This document shows, one piece after another, positions 41,547-49,139 of a stretch of 64,000 nt of DNA (its first letter is position 1; every line of letters starts with the position of its first letter). The stretch spans positions 34,456 to 98,455 of the forward strand of contig CAWDMG010000006.1 in the NCBI GenBank assembly GCA_963803285.1, read 5' to 3'. The translations under genes and the position numbers were made by a program. Source of the stretch: an uncultured Verrucomicrobiae bacterium. GTDB lineage: Bacteria; Verrucomicrobiota; Verrucomicrobiia; Chthoniobacterales; UBA10450. The notes beneath the pieces were generated by a model. The model was given only the letters and a program-made list of their open reading frames with translations. It had not been told where the DNA came from and ran no database searches.

Positions 41547-41617
41547 CTGTAGCGGCGAGCAATGATCCCGTCAGTACATTGCGAGGATCGCGCCGGGGTC
41601 GACGACCCCGGCTACAG
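41547..41617. repeat. REPIN-like doublet (CTGTAGCGGCGAGC... / ...CCGGGGTCGACGACCCCGGCTACAG)
   Basis: GTAG heads lie at both ends in inverted orientation. The minus-strand head contains the stop TAG of ORF 41612-41830. Confidence 0.7.
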
Positions 41618-41830
41618 CGCCCGCACGCTCGCGTCATTGTAGAATTCGATCTGTCGGCCGCCGAGGCGACGGATAATGCGCCAGCCATGGCTCTTTGCAA
41701 ATTCACGGACTTCATCTTCCGACATGTCCCGGAGGACCCGCAACTCCGCGCGCTGAGTGACGACATACTCGGAGCTTATTGAAAGTCTCTCGCCGATCTT
41801 GGCGGCAAGAGCTGGCAAATCGTTGTGCAT
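41612..41830 (-). CDS. hypothetical 72-aa protein
   Basis: Compact, non-repetitive composition (MSEDEVREFAKSHGWRIIRRLGGRQIEFYND). The stop lies in a REP head, as for four recognisable genes. No family recognised. Confidence 0.45.
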   Translation of the reverse strand: MHNDLPALAAKIGERLSISSEYVVTQRAELRVLRDMSEDEVREFAKSHGWRIIRRLGGRQIEFYNDASVRAL

Positions 41831-41839
41831 CTGTTTCTG

Positions 41840-41986
41840 CTACCGATTAACTGTCCGATCCGCGTCCGAACTCTTTTTCTTCAACGGCAGCGGTGGTGGC
41901 CGCTTGGATTTACGGTTGAGTCTTGCCCCTAGTGCGTGAACAGCTTTGCGGCCGGGCGAAGGGCCACGCGAGGTTGGTTTCTCCAT
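41840..41986 (-). CDS. hypothetical 48-aa highly basic Pro/Lys-rich peptide
   Basis: ATG at 41986, downstream of the REPIN, and stop 7 nt before the next ORF start. Weak evidence. Confidence 0.25.
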   Translation of the reverse strand: MEKPTSRGPSPGRKAVHALGARLNRKSKRPPPLPLKKKSSDADRTVNR

Positions 41987-42005
41987 ATATTGATCTGTTG
42001 TCGTG

Positions 42006-42067
42006 GTAGAGGCGTTTGTGCCAAACGCCTTCCTATCAGATTCGGCGCTTGGCACAAGCGCCGCTAC
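42006..42067. repeat. REPIN-like doublet, GTAGAGGCGYTTGTGCCAARCGCC family
   Basis: GTAGAGGCGTTTGTGCCAAACGCC ... GGCGCTTGGCACAAGCGCCGCTAC. The same unit occurs at 58900-58923. Confidence 0.8.
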
Positions 42068-42116
42068 AATCGCCTGCTTCACTGGCGCACCGGTCTTCCT
42101 TGGCTAAACTTTGTCG

Positions 42117-43334
42117 ATGTTCTCCGAGACGATCGAGTTACGCGGTCACATCATTGATTCGCTCATCTTGCCGAAGGTGCTCGATCAAATTTTAACCCAC
42201 GGCGCTCATTTTAAGATAGGCGAAATCACGATTGGCCAAAAGCGTGCAGACCAAAGCTTCGCACGCATAGAGGTCTCAGCTGAGACAAGCGACGCGCTGG
42301 ATGAATTAATTCTGCGACTGCGACAGCACGGCGCCGAAGTCGCCGAACGCACGGACGCACAGCTGGCGCCTGCTCCGGCGGACGGCGTTTTCCCGCCCGA
42401 GTTTTACGTGATGACGAACCAGCAAACCTTCGTCCGCGTCGATGGCAAGGAGATCGAGGTGCGGCCCACCATGATGGACTCCGCAATCGCAGTCGACCGA
42501 AAAGGACGCGGCGCGCGAGCCGTTAAATTCTTCGACGTTCGCAAAGGCGACGAAATCGTCATTGGCCACCAGGGTTTGCGCGTGGTGCCTGTGCAGCGCG
42601 CGACGTCGCGCACGGATGTTTTTCAATTCATCAACACGATCATCGATGCTGATGAACCGAAATCGGCCATTATTCGCGAATTGGCTGAGGAACTTCGACG
42701 CGTGCGCAAAGCGAAGGGCAAAATCGCAGTTGTGGCCGGTCCGGCGATCGTGCGGACCGGTGCCGATCAGCATTTGGTCCGGCTCATTAAAGCCGGATAC
42801 GTTGATCGACTTTTCGCCGGAAATCCATTTGCCGGTTACGACGTGGAACGAGCGTTATTCGGCACTTCTTTGGGCATTAGCCTCGACCTGGCGTTCGCGC
42901 GCGGCGGACGCGAGAACGTTATGCGCGCGGTCAATGCGATTCGCCAAGCCGGCAGCGTTGCCGCAGCCGTTGAGAAAAAGCTCCTGACCAGCGGGATCAT
43001 GCACGCCTGCGTCCGTAACAATGTCGATGTGATACTCACTGGCTCGATTCGGGATGAGGGATCGATTCCCGGCGCAACGACAGACGCTATTGAGGGCCAA
43101 AAAGTGTTGCGCGAAAAACTTGCAGATGTGACGCACGTCTTGCTGCTGGCGACCATCCGGCATTCGCTTGCCGTGGCGAGCATGCTCGCGCCCACCGTGA
43201 AAATCGTATGCGTCGATATCGATCCATCGGCGGTCGAGCGAGTCGTCGAGCAACAGCCGTTACAGTCAATTGGCATGATCACAGACGTGGAACCCTTTCT
43301 GCGGGAACTCGCCGATTACCTCACAACATCATAG
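42117..43334 (+). CDS. TIGR00300/LOR-SDH-like protein, putative archaeal-type ornithine cyclodeaminase
   Basis: 406 aa starting MFSETIELRGHIIDSLILPKVLD, with ...KIAVVAGPAIVRTGA...ILTGSIRDEGSIPG typical of this family. Confidence 0.72.
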   Translation: MFSETIELRGHIIDSLILPKVLDQILTHGAHFKIGEITIGQKRADQSFARIEVSAETSDALDELILRLRQHGAEVAERTDAQLAPAPADGVFPPEFYVMTNQQTFVRVDGKEIEVRPTMMDSAIAVDRKGRGARAVKFFDVRKGDEIVIGHQGLRVVPVQRATSRTDVFQFINTIIDADEPKSAIIRELAEELRRVRKAKGKIAVVAGPAIVRTGADQHLVRLIKAGYVDRLFAGNPFAGYDVERALFGTSLGISLDLAFARGGRENVMRAVNAIRQAGSVAAAVEKKLLTSGIMHACVRNNVDVILTGSIRDEGSIPGATTDAIEGQKVLREKLADVTHVLLLATIRHSLAVASMLAPTVKIVCVDIDPSAVERVVEQQPLQSIGMITDVEPFLRELADYLTTS

Positions 43335-43428
43335 TGTCATTCTGAGCGAAGCGAAGAATCTCGGATCAATTTGGGAGCGGTGCCCGACAAAAATAGGCCA
43401 GCTATGTTTCGCTTCGCTCAACATGACA
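43335..43428. mobile_element. MITE-like family A, short form (copy 4)
   Basis: TGTCATTCTGAGCGAAGCGAAGAATCTCGG ... TTTCGCTTCGCTCAACATGACA. It starts 1 nt after the stop at 43334. Confidence 0.8.
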
Positions 43429-43488
43429 GCGCTATTTATGAGGTGAGTTCTAGTGAATCCTGCGCTGCCGAATAGACTTGAAAATCCT

Positions 43489-44295
43489 ATGCGCGAGCTG
43501 CTTCTTTGTCCGCCGGATTACTACGGCATCGAGTACGAGATCAATCCCTGGATGAGCGTCGCCCGCGGCGCCGAAACGGCGGTCGTCCAGGAGCAATGGA
43601 AACAACTGCACGCGACGCTTTCCAAATTTTGCAAGGTTCATCTGATTGCACCACAGCCGCGGCTGCCCGACATGGTCTTCACCGCTAACGCAGGACTGAC
43701 GGTTGGCCGCAGATTCATCCCCAGCAATTTCCGTCACAAAGAACGCGCCGGCGAACAACCGTTTTTTGCCAAATGGATGGAGCAACACGGCTACGAAGTG
43801 GATTGGTTGCCGGAGAAACTTTACTTCGAAGGCGAAGGCGACGCGCTCTTCGGCAATGACGTGCTCTTTTGCGGTTACAAATTTCGCTCCGACATTCAAT
43901 CACACCGCGCCATCGCGGAAATGCTCAGTTGTCTTGCTATTTCGGTCGAGCTGGTTGATCCGCGTTTTTACCATCTTGATACCTGCTTTTGTCCGCTGCC
44001 CGATGGCGTTGCGTTTTGGTTTCCAAATGCCTTCGATGAATACGGGCAACGCGCAATCCGGGAGCACGTGACTGATTTGATCGATGTCGCACCGGAAGAA
44101 GCGATGCACTTTTCGTGTAACGCCGTGGTGATCGACCGCGACATCGTTTTGCCCGAAGGCGCGCCGCAACTCGTGACGAAATTACAAGAGCGCGGCTACC
44201 GCTGTCACGCGTTGCCGATGAGCGAATTCATCAAAGCCGGCGGCGCCTGCAAATGTCTCACCATGTTCATGCCGCAGCGGCAAGCGCTGGAGTGA
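43489..44295 (+). CDS. amidinotransferase-superfamily enzyme, arginine dihydrolase (ArgZ/AgrE N-domain)-like
   Basis: LLLCPPDYYGIEYEINPWM, FYHLDTCFCPL and the catalytic-Cys region KAGGACKCLT. An alternative GTG start is at 43453. Confidence 0.78.
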   Translation: MRELLLCPPDYYGIEYEINPWMSVARGAETAVVQEQWKQLHATLSKFCKVHLIAPQPRLPDMVFTANAGLTVGRRFIPSNFRHKERAGEQPFFAKWMEQHGYEVDWLPEKLYFEGEGDALFGNDVLFCGYKFRSDIQSHRAIAEMLSCLAISVELVDPRFYHLDTCFCPLPDGVAFWFPNAFDEYGQRAIREHVTDLIDVAPEEAMHFSCNAVVIDRDIVLPEGAPQLVTKLQERGYRCHALPMSEFIKAGGACKCLTMFMPQRQALE

Positions 44296-44344
44296 TGGAG
44301 TGTTGGAGTAATGGAGTAACGATTCCCAACACTCCAACACTCCA

Positions 44345-46192
44345 CTACTCCGCACGTTGCCGCTTAGCTTGCAAGGCCTGTTCGATTTTTCCGAGCGGTA
44401 AACAATTGACTACGTCGTCTTTGGTGAGCCAGCCTTTGCGCGCGATGCCGATTCCGAACCACAAATCTTGTAGTCGCTCGGTGCGATGAGCATCCGGATT
44501 GATCACGCATTTGACGCCCTTTTGTTTGGCCAATGGCCACCAGCGCCAATCGAGATCGAGCCGCTTGGGGGCGGCGTTGAGTTCGATCCAAGTGCCGGTG
44601 CGCGCTGCCGCATCGAGCACCGCTGGAATATCGATTTGGTACGGATCCCGTTTCAGCAACAACCGGCCAGTCGGATGCGCCAGCATCGTGACGAACGGAT
44701 TTTCCAGCGCGCGAATCATGCGCTGGGTCATCTCGGATTCGCTCAAATTGAAAACGGAATGAACTGACGCCACAACGTAGTCGAGTTGCGACAGCACTTC
44801 GTCGGGAAAATCGAGCGAGCCGTCGCGCAAAATGTCGCATTCAACTCCGGCAAATAAACGAAATCCGTCGAATGTCTTGTTCAGCTTCCGAATCGCGGCG
44901 ACTTGCTCGAGCAACTTTTCGGCGGCAATCCCGTGGCCTTGAACGGAGCTGCGGCTGTGATCAGCGATCCCGAGATACTCCAGCCCCAGTTCGCGGGCGG
45001 CTTCGGCCATTTCTTCGAGTGTATTGTGACCGTCGCTCGCGACGGTATGGCAATGAAACACGCCGCGCAGATTTTCCTTCTCGATGAGTTTTGGCAGGGA
45101 ATGCTGTTTGGCCAATTCGAATTCGCCGCAGTTTTCCCGTAGTTCCGGCGGGATGAAATCGAGATCGACGGCGCGATACAAGTCGGCTTCGTCCTGCACA
45201 CTCGGAATTTTGCCTGGTGACTTTTTCTTCTTCGCTTTCGGGTTGCTGGTAGGGGCGATTGACTTCAATCGCCCGACTCGCTCCTCCGCCGTAGGCGATT
45301 CGGGTGAACCGCCCCTACCTTCTACGGGGAGCGGAGCGAGCCGGTATTCATTCAGCGTCCAACCTCGCCGTAACGCGCGGCTGCGCATCTCGATGTTGTG
45401 TTCCTTGTTGCCGGTGAAATAAGCGAGCGCAAAGGGGTATTCTGCCGTCGTGACCACTCGCAGATCGCACTGCACTCCCGAACGCAGTCGTACGCTCGAT
45501 TTGGTCGGGCCTCGTGCGACGACGGATTCGACCAGCGGATGAGAAACGAAAAATTTCGTAACAGCGTTCGGTTCCTTTGTTGCCACCAGCAAATCGAGAT
45601 CGTGGACGATCTCTTTTCGCCGCCGATAACTTCCAGCGATCTCAACTTGCAAAGCTGCTTCGTGCGCAGCCAGATCTGATCGCAGCGCTTCAGCCTCAGC
45701 TGCTACCTGGCCAAATTGAAATGAACCAGCGTGCGATGCGCGTCTGGCGATGGCGTCACAAATCTTTTGCTGCGTTGTTTCGCCAAAGCCTGCTAACTCC
45801 GCGACCCGCCCCTCTTCACATGCCTTTTGCAACTGCGCGATCGAACTGACTCCTAGCCTGTCGTGGAGTGCCTTGATCTTTTTAGCGCCGAGCCCGGGCA
45901 AGGAAAACAATTCCAAAACTCCCGGCGGAAACTCTGCGCTCAATTCACGGAAATAGTTAAGCGACCCGGTTTCGGCCAGCTCCCTGATCTTCAGTGCGAT
46001 GCTTTTTCCAATTCCCGGAATCTTCGCGACGGCTTCTTCGTCCTGAAAGCTGGATACATTCGCGCCAAAGGTTTCGATCGCGCGCGCTGCGTTCGTATAG
46101 GCCCGGATCTTGAACGGATTTTCGGCTTTCAACTCCAGCAGCGTTGCGATCTGCTCCAGAACACCGGCGATTTCCTCCTTGGTCATCACCAA
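44345..46192 (-). CDS. polX: DNA polymerase X family protein with C-terminal PHP domain
   Basis: 615 aa. N-terminal FKIRAYTNAARAIE and HhH motifs, GSYRRRKEIVHDLDLLV, and the PHP motif FHCHTVASDGHN...ADHS. Confidence 0.9.
   Translation of the reverse strand: MVMTKEEIAGVLEQIATLLELKAENPFKIRAYTNAARAIETFGANVSSFQDEEAVAKIPGIGKSIALKIRELAETGSLNYFRELSAEFPPGVLELFSLPGLGAKKIKALHDRLGVSSIAQLQKACEEGRVAELAGFGETTQQKICDAIARRASHAGSFQFGQVAAEAEALRSDLAAHEAALQVEIAGSYRRRKEIVHDLDLLVATKEPNAVTKFFVSHPLVESVVARGPTKSSVRLRSGVQCDLRVVTTAEYPFALAYFTGNKEHNIEMRSRALRRGWTLNEYRLAPLPVEGRGGSPESPTAEERVGRLKSIAPTSNPKAKKKKSPGKIPSVQDEADLYRAVDLDFIPPELRENCGEFELAKQHSLPKLIEKENLRGVFHCHTVASDGHNTLEEMAEAARELGLEYLGIADHSRSSVQGHGIAAEKLLEQVAAIRKLNKTFDGFRLFAGVECDILRDGSLDFPDEVLSQLDYVVASVHSVFNLSESEMTQRMIRALENPFVTMLAHPTGRLLLKRDPYQIDIPAVLDAAARTGTWIELNAAPKRLDLDWRWWPLAKQKGVKCVINPDAHRTERLQDLWFGIGIARKGWLTKDDVVNCLPLGKIEQALQAKRQRAE
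45248..45319. repeat. 72-bp REPIN-like doublet (GTAGGGGCGATTGACTTCAATCGCCC family) in frame inside polX
   Basis: GGTAGGGGCG ... CGCCCCTACC termini. Translated as GRGGSPESPTAEERVGRLKSIAPT in the linker between the polymerase and PHP domains. Confidence 0.7.
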
Positions 46193-46231
46193 GACGGGTA
46201 AACCTGAATTACGTCGCCGTCGATGCGGCTA

Positions 46232-48382
46232 TTAATGCAAATCGTAGACTTCGACCAGAGCAACTCCAGCGGTGTTGTTTACACCTCGGACAATGGCGGT
46301 GTAGTTGCCCGGTTGCAGGTTGGCAATGATCGCTGATTCGCTTGCCGCAGTAGGAGCGTGGCCGCTGTTCTGAATATCGCCGACCTGATTGCTGGTGATA
46401 ATTCCGCCCAATATCGTGGTCTGCCAGTCATCATTGGTAGCGATCAATGCTCCGCTCCCGTTGTGCAGTTCCAATCTCGGATTAGCCAATGCGTCGGCGA
46501 TCCCATATTGCGTAAGCTCGGGGCCAATGGCACGAATGATCACTCTCTTTGGCCCAGTACCCTGGACAATAAAACCACCAATCATCACATGCTCGCCCGT
46601 TTGAACAAAGCTGCGGGTGCTGATGTTACCAAGACTTGAACTCGCGCCAGGGGTCAAGTCGTAGACTTCGACCAGAGCAACTCCAGCGGTATTGTTTACA
46701 CCTCGAACAATCGCGGTGTAGTTGCCCGGTTGCAGGTTGGCAACGATCGCTGATTCGCTTGCCGCAGTCGGGGCGTGGCCGCTGTTCTGAATATCGCTGA
46801 CCTGATTGCTGGTGATAATTCCGCCCAATATCGTGGTCTGCCAGTCATCATTGGTAGCGATCAATGCTCCGGTCCCGTTGTGCAGTTCCAATCTCGGATT
46901 AGCCAACGCATCGCTAATCCCATACTGCGTAAGCTCGGGGCCAATGGCGCGAATGATCACTCTCTTTGGCCCCGTACCTTGAACGATAAAACCACCAATC
47001 AGCACGTGCTCGCCCGTTTGAACAAAGCTGCGGGTGCTGATGTTACCAAGACTTGTCTGACTCGCCTGAGTTAGATCGTATCCGATGACATCAAGATTAA
47101 TCCCTTCTGGCGATGTAGAGGCGATGTCGGAGGATTGTCCTGGGCACGAAAATGCATTCTGCGGGTAAGGATGCGCCTGCGGACAGGGCTCGCTCAGCCA
47201 ATCACCGAAATCGCCGTCGGGATTCTGATTGAAACCGACGATGTTTGTTACCCCGCCGTTGATTGAAAAGTAACGCGCTCCAGAAGAAGTGATATTTCTG
47301 TGACCAGCAGATGACCAACTAAAGAGATCCTGGGGACGAACATCGTTGCTGTTATGGCCGATGCGCGAACCGAGACCAATGACCTCATCGACCTCATGTT
47401 CGGTCATGCGTTGTGCATCGAAGCTGTTCCCGTTGACAGGCCGGCTGAACTGAAACGGCTTGGACGAATTCAATGTAACGATGCCATCGTACGGTCCGCC
47501 CTGGCCAACCGTGCCGTTTGCGAACATCGCTGGCGGCGTGTTCAATCCAACTGCTCGACCATTTGCGCTCCCTGGTCTCGTATTCGTAGACAATGCACTG
47601 CCGGGCAGACTGGCGTTCGCAACATTGTCGTTGTTGGTTCGAGCATCCGCTCTCAAGGCGCTGACGTAAGTATTCCAGGGCAAAATGTAAAGACCTGTAT
47701 CGCTCTGCGAGACAACTCCCTGCCGTAAGGGACTGCCGTCGGGCCCGGTGGTCGCGTAGCGGAACCGGATTTGGATCGTGATCGGATCGCTGAACAAGGA
47801 CTCGTAAATCGCAATCGTACGGTTAATCATCGCCTGAATGGCGGCCGAGTTTGGGTTCCCTGTAATGGAACTGTCAAACGTTGGATGAATTGTCAGGCCG
47901 GTAGTAGGCGCGGTCGTAATCGCGTTCGTTTCCGAATAGCCGGTTGGCGCGGTGGCATCGTAAGCGCGAACCCGGTAGTAATACGTCGTGCCCCGGCTCA
48001 ACCCGGCCACTACTCGCCCGGTCGCGGCACCAACGTCGAGGTCGTGATACCCATCGACAAAACTGTCGAACGAGCTGCTGGTGGATACGTCCAGCAAGTA
48101 TCCCTTCGCGCCCGCTACTCTGGGCCACATTGCCATAAAACTGCTTCGCGTGGGCGGCAGTGGCGAAACCGTTTCGCTCTCCGACGTAAATTCATTCGTG
48201 TTTGGAAGCTCCGACGAGATCTGAGATTCCGCGCGGGTTTCATGCCTGACCGCTCCAATTTCAAACTGAGATGCGCCCGACACACTGGTCTGGGCTGACA
48301 CCCGGTGGTCACCTGCAATGCCAGCCAGTCCCAGGACGACGCAAACAAAAGCAGAAACTCTCATGTAAGATACGCGTCGCAT
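46232..48382 (-). CDS. large secreted protein: FN3-like domain, HExxE/H metalloprotease-like region, two C-terminal ~135-aa repeats
   Basis: Signal peptide. WPRVAGAKGYLLDVSTSSSF...TTYYYRVRAYD (FN3-like). MTEHEVDEVIGLGS. The two terminal repeats are 97% identical to each other. Confidence 0.7.
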   Translation of the reverse strand: MRRVSYMRVSAFVCVVLGLAGIAGDHRVSAQTSVSGASQFEIGAVRHETRAESQISSELPNTNEFTSESETVSPLPPTRSSFMAMWPRVAGAKGYLLDVSTSSSFDSFVDGYHDLDVGAATGRVVAGLSRGTTYYYRVRAYDATAPTGYSETNAITTAPTTGLTIHPTFDSSITGNPNSAAIQAMINRTIAIYESLFSDPITIQIRFRYATTGPDGSPLRQGVVSQSDTGLYILPWNTYVSALRADARTNNDNVANASLPGSALSTNTRPGSANGRAVGLNTPPAMFANGTVGQGGPYDGIVTLNSSKPFQFSRPVNGNSFDAQRMTEHEVDEVIGLGSRIGHNSNDVRPQDLFSWSSAGHRNITSSGARYFSINGGVTNIVGFNQNPDGDFGDWLSEPCPQAHPYPQNAFSCPGQSSDIASTSPEGINLDVIGYDLTQASQTSLGNISTRSFVQTGEHVLIGGFIVQGTGPKRVIIRAIGPELTQYGISDALANPRLELHNGTGALIATNDDWQTTILGGIITSNQVSDIQNSGHAPTAASESAIVANLQPGNYTAIVRGVNNTAGVALVEVYDLTPGASSSLGNISTRSFVQTGEHVMIGGFIVQGTGPKRVIIRAIGPELTQYGIADALANPRLELHNGSGALIATNDDWQTTILGGIITSNQVGDIQNSGHAPTAASESAIIANLQPGNYTAIVRGVNNTAGVALVEVYDLH
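46238..47055. repeat. tandem direct duplication, 2 x 417 bp, ~95% identical
   Basis: GTCGTAGACTTCGACCAGAGCAACTCCAGCGGT... recurs with a 417-nt (139-codon) period inside the 3' end of ORF 46232-48382. Confidence 0.9.
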
Positions 48383-48485
48383 TCCGCCTCTACCAAGGTC
48401 GCCAACTCTATTTGGACATTCTTACTGCACAAGTCGAAAAACGGGACGCGCACCCACTCTGAGATCATCTGCGCGTTGTTTGTCG

Positions 48486-49097
48486 TCACATCCGCCCACG
48501 GCGCTGGTAGAATTTATAGCGGTCGATAATCGACTCGACGTATCTACGCGTTGTCGGGAAATCGATCTTTTGAAGGAACTGGTGTTCCGGTATCTCGGCA
48601 AAGCGGTTTCCACCGCTCCAGCGCTGGGCACGACTGGCGCCGGCGTTGTACTCCGCCAAAGCGAAAGGAGTGGGATCGGACTGATGGTCCCAGTGCGCCA
48701 TGGCACGATGCAAATACCAGGTGCCGGCCTCTAGATTTGTCTTTGGTTCAAAAAGTTGATCCGGATTGAAACCGGTGATCTTGTTTTCGTGCGCCCACTC
48801 GTTGGCCGCTCGTTCGGTGACCTGCATCAGGCCGCGCTCTCCATGGCTGCCTTGCTTTTTTGGAGCGAACCGGCTTTCACGCCAGACGACGGCTTTCACC
48901 AGCATCGGATCCAGATGATGTTCTAACGCAACGCTGCGGATGAGCCGATCGTACTGATGAAACCGGGCAGGGCTCATCCATTCGTACAATGCGTACAGCG
49001 GATCCCCTGATTTCACTGCGACATAAGCAAAGGCTGCAGCGATTGCCAGCAAAACGCAGAGAATCAATTTGAAGAGGGTTTGTATCATTCGAGTCAT
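48486..49097 (-). CDS. lytic transglycosylase (SLT domain)
   Basis: N-terminal TM/signal segment. SLT motifs AVVWRESRFAP, GERGLMQV and AEYNAGASR. Confidence 0.85.
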   Translation of the reverse strand: MTRMIQTLFKLILCVLLAIAAAFAYVAVKSGDPLYALYEWMSPARFHQYDRLIRSVALEHHLDPMLVKAVVWRESRFAPKKQGSHGERGLMQVTERAANEWAHENKITGFNPDQLFEPKTNLEAGTWYLHRAMAHWDHQSDPTPFALAEYNAGASRAQRWSGGNRFAEIPEHQFLQKIDFPTTRRYVESIIDRYKFYQRRGRM

Positions 49098-49139
49098 GCT
49101 ACAATAGCCGATTATAAAATTACGGACACGAGCACGAGC

